A DNA stretch of 64,000 bases from Marinicella marina. GTDB lineage: Bacteria; Pseudomonadota; Gammaproteobacteria; Xanthomonadales; Marinicellaceae. Positions 20,922 through 30,998 of this stretch are shown here, in pieces (the first letter of the stretch is position 1; each line of letters opens with the position of its first letter). The translations under genes were made by a program, and so were the position numbers. The notes under the pieces are model-generated. The model had not been told where the DNA came from, did no database searches, and saw only the letters and a list, made by a program, of their open reading frames with translations. The DNA lies in NCBI RefSeq assembly GCF_026410145.1, contig NZ_JAPMLO010000004.1, one strand, 5' to 3'.

Positions 20922-22979
20922 ATGAAACCTGCCACACTGATGATGGTGCTGCTTTTGAGCAGCAGCCATTCCCTACGGGCTCAAACCATCCAAGATGAAG
21001 CCTCAGACCAAGACCAAGATGTTGAAAACGTTGCCCGCCAACCTAACCTGGTGGTCAGTGAAAATGTGCCAGATATTCCTGCACCGCTACAAAGTGAGGC
21101 TAAAAAAATCAATGCATGGTCAGGCAGTGCATCGATCAATACCGATGAATATTGGCGCAACCAGCGTGCCGCAAACATCAAAGACATCTTAGACTTTGTA
21201 CCTGGTGTATTTGCCCAACAACGCAACGGTGCCGAAAGCGCCCGCATTTCAATCCGTGGTTCCGGCTTGGGACGTCAGTTCCAAGGTGGTGGTTTGCTGT
21301 TATTACAAGATGGTGTGCCATTGAACACAGCAGATGGTTCATTCGACTTTCAGGCAGTTGATCCTTGGCTGATTGATTATGTGACTGTCTTTAGGGGAGG
21401 TAATGGCATGGCTTCAGGTGGCAGCACCTTAGGTGGTGTGATTAACCTGGGCACCACCCTACCTGATTTGGCCCAAAACAATGAACTGCGGTTATCTGCA
21501 GGCAGCTTCGGTAGCCAACGGGGCATGGTCGCATTCACCACAGGCAACGAAAACCAAGCTTTCAGACTGCGTACAAGTTTACTCAAACAAGATGGTTTCC
21601 GGATTCAAAATCAACAAAGAAGCAATCGATTTGATTTACAGCACCTGATTAAAGGTCAATCAAACTGGCAGCACCGCATTGGTCTCTATCACCTGAATAC
21701 CTACGCCGAATTACCCAGCAGTCTTTCCCAGACATTGATCGATGAGGATCCCAGACAATCAAGAGGCTTCAATATTTTTGGCAATTTCAACCGTGATATG
21801 ACTTTAACTCGTTTGTCATATCAGCTGGCAAATGAGCACCTAAAGACAACCATATATTGGTCGCAAAAGCGCTTAAACAACCCAGTTTTCACTTACATCA
21901 ACCGCGACTCCGATGATGCCGGCATCAACCTCAATTACCAACGCGGTAACCACCAGCTTCTACTCACCACCCAGTCCGGTGACCAAGATGAACGGCGACG
22001 AGAAAACGAAGCCGGCTTACCTGGAGCCGAACGGCTTACAAGATTCCAACAGGCCCAAACAACCACTGCCGCATACAGTTATCAATTACCAATATTATCA
22101 AATACATACAGTGATCAGTTAACATTGGATTTAGGCCTACAAGCGGTATGGGCTGAACGCGAAATCAAAGAAAGTTTTCCTGAAAGCATCACCAGCAATA
22201 AAGACTACAGTCAGTTAAATCCTCGTATCGCTGTGCGCTATCAACCGCAAGCCAACAAGCAGTGGTTTACCAGCTTGTCACGCAGTTTTGAAGCACCCAC
22301 ATTCGCTGAACTCAATAACGGCAATCAACCGGGATTTAATAACAGCATCAAAGCCCAATCCGCAGACACCTTCGAGGTTGGAACGCGTGGTTTTACAGAA
22401 ACTTTTAATTGGGACATGAGCCTGTACTACAGCCGTATAGAAGATGAATTCATTCGTTTTCGATTTCCTGATGGCGCCACCCGCACCACCAATGCCGAAC
22501 AATCGATACACTGGGGCTTGGAAAGCGCTGTCAGTTGGCGCCTCAATCGAGACATGATTTCATCAGGTGACGAACTGACTCTGAGTAGTAATTATCAATA
22601 CAACCAATTCAACCTGGATGATGATCCCACATTCAACAACAACCGCATTCCTGGCATACCTGAACACTATGTTTTAACGCGTTTAGAGTATTTACATCCA
22701 TCAGGTTGGCGCATCAGCCCTAACATTGAATGGGTTCCTTCGGCTTATTATGTTGATTTAGCCAACTCCGTCAAAACCCAAAACTACCTGCTCACAGGTT
22801 TAAGCGTGACATACACCCAAACCAATGGGCTGAGCTGGTTTTTTGACGCCAAAAACCTCAATGACCAAACCTATATCAGCACTACCCTGCCCATCCCAGA
22901 TGCCGGTGGCAGCGATGGCAATTATTTTTACAGTGGCGAAGGCCGGGCCTTTTATGCTGGTTTAACTTGGGCTTTTTAA
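20922..22979 (+). CDS. TonB-dependent outer-membrane receptor
   Basis: Signal peptide, plug-domain motifs, and a C-terminal YAGLTWAF beta-barrel terminus. Lies 18 bp after the dehydrogenase. Confidence 0.85.
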   Translation: MKPATLMMVLLLSSSHSLRAQTIQDEASDQDQDVENVARQPNLVVSENVPDIPAPLQSEAKKINAWSGSASINTDEYWRNQRAANIKDILDFVPGVFAQQRNGAESARISIRGSGLGRQFQGGGLLLLQDGVPLNTADGSFDFQAVDPWLIDYVTVFRGGNGMASGGSTLGGVINLGTTLPDLAQNNELRLSAGSFGSQRGMVAFTTGNENQAFRLRTSLLKQDGFRIQNQQRSNRFDLQHLIKGQSNWQHRIGLYHLNTYAELPSSLSQTLIDEDPRQSRGFNIFGNFNRDMTLTRLSYQLANEHLKTTIYWSQKRLNNPVFTYINRDSDDAGINLNYQRGNHQLLLTTQSGDQDERRRENEAGLPGAERLTRFQQAQTTTAAYSYQLPILSNTYSDQLTLDLGLQAVWAEREIKESFPESITSNKDYSQLNPRIAVRYQPQANKQWFTSLSRSFEAPTFAELNNGNQPGFNNSIKAQSADTFEVGTRGFTETFNWDMSLYYSRIEDEFIRFRFPDGATRTTNAEQSIHWGLESAVSWRLNRDMISSGDELTLSSNYQYNQFNLDDDPTFNNNRIPGIPEHYVLTRLEYLHPSGWRISPNIEWVPSAYYVDLANSVKTQNYLLTGLSVTYTQTNGLSWFFDAKNLNDQTYISTTLPIPDAGGSDGNYFYSGEGRAFYAGLTWAF

Positions 22980-23179
22980 TGCTGCGACTTCAGGCATATC
23001 GCTAACGGTTTGACTGTCACTAGATTAGCATCTGAAGACATTTAACTTTTTAGTTATTTTTTCGTTAAAAAATTTATGCAGCTAAATTATTTACCCTTTT
23101 TTGTTATCTGCGTCTCATTTATCTAAAGTGTTTATAAAATCACTTAAGCTATAATGTTTGCTTAATCATTCAAAAGGAC

Positions 23180-24625
23180 ATGACTTTGAAAACAGAAAAT
23201 AAATTCCATTTGTTACTTTTATTGACTGCTGTGTTTTTGACACAAAACACCCAAGCTGCGGTGCACATCAGCCAAAACAACCAAGGCCAAGCCATTGTTT
23301 TCCCCTATTTTACAGTGGCCAATGATTTGAATACATTATTCAGTATCAGTAATGAACAAAACACCGCCAAAGCAGTCAAAATCAATATCAGAGAAGGCAA
23401 AGGCGGCGATGCCATGTATTCTCTTAATCTCTATCTTGGCGCCCAAGATACTTGGACCATGGCCTTAGTTGAAACCGATGGATTCATCAACTTATTGACC
23501 GGTGATGAGTCCTGTGTAATCAATTTGGTTGCTCCAGATATTGAAAGTGCAGTTAATTGGGACTGGCAAACCGGCATGGTTGAAGTCATTGAAATGGGCA
23601 ACTTCTCCATTGAATCAGAACTTTTTTTCCCAAACCCATTCACCAATGACATCACCACCGAAGAAAATTGTCAGAACATCATCAGTGCTTGGACTGATAG
23701 TGGTGTATGGACATCTGACAGTTCCGATAATTTGAATCCAGTGTCCGGTGGACTGACCGGCCAGGTTTCGGTGTTTGATGTGGCCAGAGGGTTTACTTTT
23801 CAGGTACCATCAGTGACTTTGAATGACTTTTTTCCAAGTGGTTCAATCAATCACTTTGCACCCAACTCTGGTTTGCCTGATTTGAACAGTGGCGATAACA
23901 TCAGTTCGGTGCTTTACCAAGGGAACTTAATCACAACAGTTTGGCCAACTGGCTATGAAGCAGTCAGCGCCCTGTTGATGAAAACCAGCACCAGTAATGA
24001 TTTTACCCTTGAGGCTTTCATTGATGCCAAAAGTGAATGGGTGATCAGTTTTCCAACATTGAATTTTCACTTAAACAACAATCTCACCACAGAACCTTTT
24101 ATGACCAGTGACTTCAACACAGTACTGGAACCGGGCCAATTCTTTTTTTCACAATATACTGGTGTTCCAGTGATTGAACGCAGTGGTTTGTATGATCGCG
24201 ATGGAAGGTTCTATTTTACGGATTTATCCATTGTAGACCCGCCTCCACCACCTTCATTTACGGCACTGAAATTTGACAGCATGGTTAATACCACTGTAAT
24301 GATAGGAGTACTACCACCTTTCATTGATGGCGTTCGAACCTTCCCCCCTTCAACCATTTCTGGCGAACCCAGAGACAATGTTTTTCATTACTTTGTGGAC
24401 ACTTCATCCAACCCTAATCTTGATACAGGTAAACGCACCGAAAGAATTCAGTATCAAGTCAATGACCGCGGTATCGACCAACTTTCTCAAGCCACTCAAA
24501 ATTACCATGGTCTTCCCTTCATTGCTTTTGCCTACAGTCGTTATACAAATGCCAATGCACAACCTGGATTATTAGCCACTTATTCAAGTGCCTTGATGAA
24601 TCGCAGTGAAAGCAAAATTGATTGA
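23180..24625 (+). CDS. Secreted hypothetical protein (481 aa)
   Basis: Signal peptide LLLLLTAVFLTQNTQAA. No recognised motif. Contains a PPPPP segment. Confidence 0.45.
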   Translation: MTLKTENKFHLLLLLTAVFLTQNTQAAVHISQNNQGQAIVFPYFTVANDLNTLFSISNEQNTAKAVKINIREGKGGDAMYSLNLYLGAQDTWTMALVETDGFINLLTGDESCVINLVAPDIESAVNWDWQTGMVEVIEMGNFSIESELFFPNPFTNDITTEENCQNIISAWTDSGVWTSDSSDNLNPVSGGLTGQVSVFDVARGFTFQVPSVTLNDFFPSGSINHFAPNSGLPDLNSGDNISSVLYQGNLITTVWPTGYEAVSALLMKTSTSNDFTLEAFIDAKSEWVISFPTLNFHLNNNLTTEPFMTSDFNTVLEPGQFFFSQYTGVPVIERSGLYDRDGRFYFTDLSIVDPPPPPSFTALKFDSMVNTTVMIGVLPPFIDGVRTFPPSTISGEPRDNVFHYFVDTSSNPNLDTGKRTERIQYQVNDRGIDQLSQATQNYHGLPFIAFAYSRYTNANAQPGLLATYSSALMNRSESKID

Positions 24626-24815
24626 CTGTTTAAGATGTGATTTTTAAAAACCTCTGCAGCGATTAAATATTGATTTGTATCTAATCGCTGCGGGCAATTT
24701 ATAGAAATGCGTTTTTAAAATAATTAAAAACACGTTACTTCAAACCTTTTTATGAACGTGTTCACAGTCCGATTGCAAACGCAGCTTATAATGATTTAAT
24801 TAATCAACACATGGA

Positions 24816-25577
24816 ATGATCATGCTGGTAAAAAACATATCCTTCATTGGCGTTATATTCACAGCCATGTTTATGATAAATGTTGTTCATGCACAAACAG
24901 CTTTCCTTGAACAAAACGGCTTAATCATAATTGAATTAGAGTCATTAACAGATATTCCAAATGGCTGGTCTGAGGAAAGCGTGTTCGATGAAATATCAGG
25001 GACCAGTTACCACCGTTATGCTGGTAATAACCAATTCAATAACCCGGGTGTGGACTTGTTTGAAGTGTTGATATTTATCCAAAACCCAGGTACCTATCAA
25101 TTTCGTTGGCGCAACTTAATTGCAAAGGGCGACTCAAACACCGATGCCAATGATTCTTGGCTCAGAATCATTGCTGATGCTTATTACGGCCAACAAGGCA
25201 ACGACAGCATTGTTTGTCCCAAAGGCTATGACCCAAACAACAATGACTGCCCAATTAACCTCGATGCCGACGGTGAAGTCACGCCTGAGGGGTCAGGCAG
25301 TAACGGCTGGTTTAAAGTCTATCGCAGTGGTTCGGGCTTATGGAAATGGAGCACCCGCACCAGTGACAATGATGCCCATGAGATCTTTGCCCGATTTGAT
25401 ACCAGCGGTTTGTATTTAATCCAAATTTCTGGCCGCTCCCAGAACCATGCCATTGACCGCATGGTTCTGAATGATGTTAATTATAACGGCGATCCAACTG
25501 ACTTGATTTTGCCCGAGTCAACAACCATCGATGCTGATTTGATTTTTGCTGATGGTTTTAACGGTGAATTCTTTTAA
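24816..25577 (+). CDS. Secreted hypothetical protein (253 aa; C-terminal DLIFADGFNGEFF tail)
   Basis: Signal peptide. No recognised motif. Shares its C-terminal tail with 10189..10764 and 52286..53728. Confidence 0.45.
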   Translation: MIMLVKNISFIGVIFTAMFMINVVHAQTAFLEQNGLIIIELESLTDIPNGWSEESVFDEISGTSYHRYAGNNQFNNPGVDLFEVLIFIQNPGTYQFRWRNLIAKGDSNTDANDSWLRIIADAYYGQQGNDSIVCPKGYDPNNNDCPINLDADGEVTPEGSGSNGWFKVYRSGSGLWKWSTRTSDNDAHEIFARFDTSGLYLIQISGRSQNHAIDRMVLNDVNYNGDPTDLILPESTTIDADLIFADGFNGEFF

Positions 25578-25593
25578 TCAATAGCACCTCAAA

Positions 25594-28500
25594 TCATTCT
25601 TTTTTGGTGGTTTTTTTTACTGCTTTCTTTTTGCTCGCTGACTTGTTCATCGCAGAACGTTTGGCAGCTTTGCTTTTGACCGTCTGACTTTCAGTTGTGT
25701 TTACCGTTCTGGTGGATTTTGAAAGACTGAGGTTCTTGATTTTTTGACTCAGTTCAGTCACCTGCTCCAGTACCTCATTATTGATATTAAGCTTCTTATT
25801 CATCGCTACCACAATCGGTACGAACGATGTTTCCAAAGTCTCAGACAGTGAAATCATCGCATCATCAAGACCAGGCAACGGCTCATTTGAGACGTTGACT
25901 TGTAAATTCAGTTTCTCTATAGCTTGACTCAATCGATCGCTGACAATTGACAACTGTTGTTCAGTTTGACTTTGAGATGCTTGAGATTGTTGCATCCACT
26001 GCCCAGTCAATTCACTCATGTCGGTCTTTAAAGCACCAATTTGACTGGCAATCTTGGTGGCGCCATCGGCCTCATCTCCAGCCAAAGCGTTGCGGATTTT
26101 AAATTCTGCTTTGATCGCCTGCCATCTTTCTTCATCTTCAGCATTCAAAGTACCTCTGAGTGCTTTCAATTTAAGTAAGTTTTCCTCAGCCCCAGTGGTC
26201 AACAGCTGCGCTTCACCCGCATAATGATCATCTATCAGCTGTTGCAGTTCATGCTGGTCCATCACTGGTACCACTTTCTCAGCCAATTTATTCATGTTTC
26301 GGTAACTGCCCTGTAATTTGAAAGGTGGTTCTTGTCGGTACCTGTCATCCATCGCAGCAGATGAAATGTACGCTTGATTGACTTTCAAGATCACTTCTTG
26401 GACTGTGAACAAGTGTTTTAAAACAGTAATGATTTCGTTGATTTCACTGCTGGCATAACTGTGAGACAAATCTGATGTAGCCACTTCTTTGCCTTTGGCC
26501 ATATCCATCAACAGGTATAAGTCATTCATCTCTCGCAGTGCCAGAGGAGCCAGCACCGGATTCGATGTCAATGAGTTTTCAATGTAACTCATAGCAAACA
26601 CATCCTCTTGTCCACCCAGAATGTCACCTAAGTTATAGACGTCGGCCCGATTGGCCAACATATCAGGAACCCTAAAGACTTCACCTGATTCGGTATACGG
26701 ATTACCCGCCATGATCACACAGAATTTTTTGCCACGCATGTCATAGGTTTTACTCATGCCGCGCCACACCCCTTCGATTTTACGGGTACCGTCACATAAC
26801 GAGATGAATTTCTGCAAGAACTCGGCATGGGTGTGCTGGATGTCATCCAAATACAACATCACATTATTCCCCATCTCCAATGCTAAATTAAGCTTTTCAA
26901 GCTCTTGTTTGGCTGTTGCATTGGGCGCATTGGCTGGATCCAATGATTTGACATCATGCCCCAATGAAGGACAGTTGATTTTCATAAAATTCAAACCCAA
27001 ACGGTTCGCTGTGTACTCCATCAAAGTGGTTTTGCCGTAGCCTGGCGGTGATATTAACAGCAACAAACCCATCAAATCACTGCGTTTGTTTTGTCCGGCG
27101 GCGCCCATCTGTTTGGCCAAATTATCACCAATGATGGGTAAATAAGACTGATTGATCAATTGGTTACGCACGAACGATGCCAATGGTCTGGCTTTGAAAG
27201 TTTCCAGCGCCATTTGTGCACGTTGTTCGTGCATCACGGTTTGTTTCATTTCACGGTATTCTTGGTATTCAGGCACCAGTTGTTGGTGATAATGGCTCAA
27301 ACGCTCCATGAACTCATCGAACTCAAATTTGAGTGTGCGATTTTTGATGCGACTGTGATCCCCCAATAGATCGTCTACCTGACAAGCCAAATCCAATGCC
27401 GAAGCATCGTAAGCCTTGCCCTGTTTTGCCAAAATCAGCACAGTGGCTTCATTGATGAAGCGCAGCATGTCCTGATTTATTTCATTGTCTTTGCGAATCA
27501 TGCCACTGAGCCAATAACCAATCAATTGCCACTGTTGTTTGGGGTCATCATTGAGCGCATCCAGCTCATTTTTGAAAGCCTTATCCTCTCCCACCGCGGT
27601 CAAATGATCATTCAGTTGTTTAACTAAATCTGCCGCATGTTTAGAGACTTGAAATGTTTTGGTCGGTGAATCATCAACGATATGGGCCAAAAGGAATTCA
27701 GCGGCCAACAGCATTTGTGCTGCGTTAAAGCGCAAATCATTCTGTAGATAAAAGGCGTCCATCTCCGCTTTGAATTCAACATACAAGTCTTGGCACATAG
27801 ATCGGTCACCCAAGGTTTTGGCAATTTTATTAGCAGTTTGAGCGCGCTGTGTATAGTGCTTTTGGTTTTTAACACTGCTGTGCAACCAAAAATAGCTAGC
27901 CAATGCCCGAGCACTGGGCCCAAACATCATCAAAGGCGCTGTTTGGTATATCTGCAGCAATTGGCTGATGATTTTACTGGCATCATGATCATGGATGCCT
28001 TTTTCATAGCCTTCTTGGTAACGCGGGTTGGCATAGGCCTTGACAAAATCAACCAATGCCTCTTCATCCAACGACACCAACTGATCTATGCTGCTGCCTG
28101 CTTCACCCTGAATGGCATCTTGAAAAATGTTGTAAGCCAAATACTCGGCTCGGTAAACCGAGTCATTTTCTGAGCTCATTGTTTGTGGCCAAAAGTCCTT
28201 GTAATCGTGTAGCTTTTGGTTATTCACAGGCTCATAAAAATCAGTCCCAGACAAATGAAAATACAGGGCATCATTCCTTGGCAAAATGGTCAAATCAAGT
28301 GACTGGGTGTTGACGCTGAAACGGTGTTTCCCCAATTTAATGTTCTTGCCACCGTCTTCAAATATGTCCTGCTTGTCCCTCAACGAACGTATGGCCTGCT
28401 CTTTGATGGCTTTTAGTCTGGCCTCTGTGTCATCGGCTTTGACACTGTCATCCAAGTCATGCAACTGACCGATCAGCTCCTTGACTTTATGAATCATGGG

Positions 28501-30915
28501 ATCGGAAGAATAATAGGTGTTCAATTGATCACTGTCGGTGAACTTCAAAGAACGCCGCTCTATACTTTTTAACACCCGAGTGGCTGCAGATTGTACATTC
28601 TCGGCTTTGCGTTGGCGTTGATCAATCAGACTTTGTTTCTTGTTTTCAAAGGTCTCGTGTAGTTCTTCGCGTTTGGTCAGTATTTGGTCTAAAAAGGCTT
28701 CGTTCTCACTGAAGTTAACCTCAAGCTCTTCCAACAACACCATCAAACGCGCCAACTGTTCATCACAACCATCAGGCGTTTCTGCCAGGGCCACCCCACT
28801 GGTGATGCTTTGCGAAAGGACTGCCAATTGAGCACCAAACTCAGCCACTGATTCAGTTGCTGACAGCTCCTTGCTGGTCAGCTTAGCATGCGCTTTGGTT
28901 TGATTGATCCGAGAGTATACTTGTGAAACTGACTCTAATATGGCGGTTTTCTGCAGCGTATCATCAATTTCTAAACCGTTGATGACCTCTGAGAGTGCAT
29001 CCAAACCCAAACTCATTTCATCCAATTCGTCCAACAAAGGCTTTAAATCTTTGACTGTTTTAATCTCAGCGGTTTTTTGGTGCACCTCATCGACCACCTG
29101 CTCATAATGCAACATGGCTTGTTCATCCGACAGGAACTGAATGGTTCTTTTACCCAGTGCCTCAATTTCATCATCCACTTGCAATGACAAGTCTTCAATC
29201 GCACTTAAATCAATATAACGGTACTCGCGCAATGACAACAAGTGGCCTTTTTGTCGTTTTAACTGCAACAAACCATCTACAAATGGTGCTGGCGTATCCC
29301 AATTAGCAATTTTGATTTCACGAAGTAATTGTTGTAAGTCATGCTGAGCCTCTTTCAACGCTTTGGCACTTTGTAGATTGATTGATTTGACCTTTTCAAA
29401 CTCGTCCAACACCAATTCTGATGTTTCACCAATCAAATCCAACTGTTCTGAGAAATCACCCACGGCTGAATTTTCCAGCCAATAATAACCATCCTTCACC
29501 CGCTGGATGTTTTTTATCAAATCCTCATAGACTTGAACACTGGGTTGTTGCTCACTGATCAGTTTGGAAATACCATATAGTTCTGAGATGCCTTGGACCA
29601 ATTCCGCATTTCCAATGGTTGATAATTCACTGTCATCTTTGCTTTGACTGGCACTGTATTCCTCACTGGTATAAGGCGTTTGCCAGATTTGCATGGGGTG
29701 TATCCGCGTCGCCTCAGTTGACTCGGCGCGAAAAATAATCATTTTGCCATCATCATATAATGAATAACCGTGACCAAAAATGGGATTTTGTAATTCCTTG
29801 CGGATGGTGTTGTAAGAATAAAGCGCCAGTTTTCCTTCCAGCTTTTCATAAAACACATACAGCACATCTTCGCCATTGGGTGCATTCCAGCGCCGTTTGA
29901 ACAACAAACCATCTACATCTTCAGCAAAGACTTTGGATTCACCACTTTGTAAGTAGTAACCACCAGGGAAAATGATGCCATGATCATTTGGCAACTGCAC
30001 ACAAGCATGTCCCAAGGCATCTATTCGCAAGACCTCATTGTTGCGGGTATTGAACACAAAATAACGCCAATCTTGTTCTTTGTAAGGCAAGATTTTTAAT
30101 AAAATCAAGGCATGGACTTTGGCATAGTAGATGTCGGCATCTTCCAAAGATTGATTCGGTTCATCAACCGCCTCTTGGTAAATACCCTCACCATCCTCGG
30201 TGTTATTCTCGACCTTGATGGTCAAATCACCACCGACGGTTTCAACAAAAACTTCATCCATGATTGATACATGAGGGTGACGGCCTTGAACGAATTGGTC
30301 TCGCTCGGCTTTGTGCCACTCAAAATCATAAGCCGGTGGTAATTCAATGTCGCGCTCACCGCGATCATCGATGTATTGCACTTCACCGTTGTTGCCTATG
30401 ACCCAACGAAATACCCTGATGTCGCCGATTTTTTCGCCAATTTGGAATGCCGCCAAGAGTTTTTGATCGACCACACGCAGCTGAATCAACTCGGCTTTTT
30501 TGTAGTAACTGTAGAGCTCTAAAAACTGTTTAACAAAAACCTCGTCAGCCAGGAATGAACCGGCCAATGGTTCCGCTTTGACTTCAAATTTTCCCTCGTT
30601 TTCATGCAGCGAATACAGCGCGAAAACGTCCTTTACTTGGGTGGCTTTTTTTAAACCAATAAACACATTGTAGCCAAACAACAATTGTCCATTGATTCGC
30701 ACCATATCACGTGGTGTGCAATTGTTTTCTGTTCTTACCCTGACCCGATCAACCACTTCAAGTACCGTTTTGCCGAATGTTGATTCACGCAATTGGTTCA
30801 AGCCAATGATTTTTTGTTCTAATTGTTTGTTTTGTTCCTCTAGGCGTTTGCGAATGACCTCATATGAGCCGCCACTGGCTACCGCTTGATTGATGGTGCT
30901 GTTGTTATCAGCCAT
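25594..30915 (-). CDS. Giant (1773 aa) protein with AAA_5 (MoxR/dynein-type) ATPase domain, long coiled-coil regions and Lys-rich C-terminal tail
   Basis: Single uninterrupted ORF. Walker A LLISPPGYGKTTL, Walker B VMLYLDDIQ, then FCVIMAGNP, which matches the AAA_5 pattern. C-terminal KSKAAKRSAMNKSASKKKAVKKTTKKE. Confidence 0.8.
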   Translation of the reverse strand: MADNNSTINQAVASGGSYEVIRKRLEEQNKQLEQKIIGLNQLRESTFGKTVLEVVDRVRVRTENNCTPRDMVRINGQLLFGYNVFIGLKKATQVKDVFALYSLHENEGKFEVKAEPLAGSFLADEVFVKQFLELYSYYKKAELIQLRVVDQKLLAAFQIGEKIGDIRVFRWVIGNNGEVQYIDDRGERDIELPPAYDFEWHKAERDQFVQGRHPHVSIMDEVFVETVGGDLTIKVENNTEDGEGIYQEAVDEPNQSLEDADIYYAKVHALILLKILPYKEQDWRYFVFNTRNNEVLRIDALGHACVQLPNDHGIIFPGGYYLQSGESKVFAEDVDGLLFKRRWNAPNGEDVLYVFYEKLEGKLALYSYNTIRKELQNPIFGHGYSLYDDGKMIIFRAESTEATRIHPMQIWQTPYTSEEYSASQSKDDSELSTIGNAELVQGISELYGISKLISEQQPSVQVYEDLIKNIQRVKDGYYWLENSAVGDFSEQLDLIGETSELVLDEFEKVKSINLQSAKALKEAQHDLQQLLREIKIANWDTPAPFVDGLLQLKRQKGHLLSLREYRYIDLSAIEDLSLQVDDEIEALGKRTIQFLSDEQAMLHYEQVVDEVHQKTAEIKTVKDLKPLLDELDEMSLGLDALSEVINGLEIDDTLQKTAILESVSQVYSRINQTKAHAKLTSKELSATESVAEFGAQLAVLSQSITSGVALAETPDGCDEQLARLMVLLEELEVNFSENEAFLDQILTKREELHETFENKKQSLIDQRQRKAENVQSAATRVLKSIERRSLKFTDSDQLNTYYSSDPMIHKVKELIGQLHDLDDSVKADDTEARLKAIKEQAIRSLRDKQDIFEDGGKNIKLGKHRFSVNTQSLDLTILPRNDALYFHLSGTDFYEPVNNQKLHDYKDFWPQTMSSENDSVYRAEYLAYNIFQDAIQGEAGSSIDQLVSLDEEALVDFVKAYANPRYQEGYEKGIHDHDASKIISQLLQIYQTAPLMMFGPSARALASYFWLHSSVKNQKHYTQRAQTANKIAKTLGDRSMCQDLYVEFKAEMDAFYLQNDLRFNAAQMLLAAEFLLAHIVDDSPTKTFQVSKHAADLVKQLNDHLTAVGEDKAFKNELDALNDDPKQQWQLIGYWLSGMIRKDNEINQDMLRFINEATVLILAKQGKAYDASALDLACQVDDLLGDHSRIKNRTLKFEFDEFMERLSHYHQQLVPEYQEYREMKQTVMHEQRAQMALETFKARPLASFVRNQLINQSYLPIIGDNLAKQMGAAGQNKRSDLMGLLLLISPPGYGKTTLMEYTANRLGLNFMKINCPSLGHDVKSLDPANAPNATAKQELEKLNLALEMGNNVMLYLDDIQHTHAEFLQKFISLCDGTRKIEGVWRGMSKTYDMRGKKFCVIMAGNPYTESGEVFRVPDMLANRADVYNLGDILGGQEDVFAMSYIENSLTSNPVLAPLALREMNDLYLLMDMAKGKEVATSDLSHSYASSEINEIITVLKHLFTVQEVILKVNQAYISSAAMDDRYRQEPPFKLQGSYRNMNKLAEKVVPVMDQHELQQLIDDHYAGEAQLLTTGAEENLLKLKALRGTLNAEDEERWQAIKAEFKIRNALAGDEADGATKIASQIGALKTDMSELTGQWMQQSQASQSQTEQQLSIVSDRLSQAIEKLNLQVNVSNEPLPGLDDAMISLSETLETSFVPIVVAMNKKLNINNEVLEQVTELSQKIKNLSLSKSTRTVNTTESQTVKSKAAKRSAMNKSASKKKAVKKTTKKE

Positions 30916-30998
30916 GCCTCACTCCAAAATACTGTAATTAAACGTTCCTTGCCAGCAGCAGAGCCAGAATCAACTGGCCCTGCTGGTATGCATCAACT

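Noticed and set aside
24640-24760. AT-rich palindromes (GCAGCGATTA...TAATCGCTGC; CGTTTTTAA..TTAAAAACACG) after gene 23180..24625
   Set aside because: Plausibly a terminator plus promoter elements for the next gene, but there is no clean GC stem with U-tract. Not confident enough to list as a feature.
25594-30915. Considered whether the 1773-aa ATPase is an Avs/STAND-type anti-phage NTPase
   Set aside because: Walker A/B spacing and the following FCVIMAGNP segment fit AAA_5 rather than NB-ARC/STAND. No nuclease, protease or TIR-like effector domain is discernible. The neighbourhood is membrane-stress genes rather than defence-island genes. Kept as a membrane-remodelling candidate instead.
30940-30990. 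Imperfect hairpin (CCAGCAG...CTGCTGG with nested CCAG/CTGG) between flotillin and the giant ATPase gene
   Set aside because: Stem is only 7 bp with a 22-nt loop, and there is no U-run on the minus-strand transcript. It is too weak to call a terminator or attenuator.
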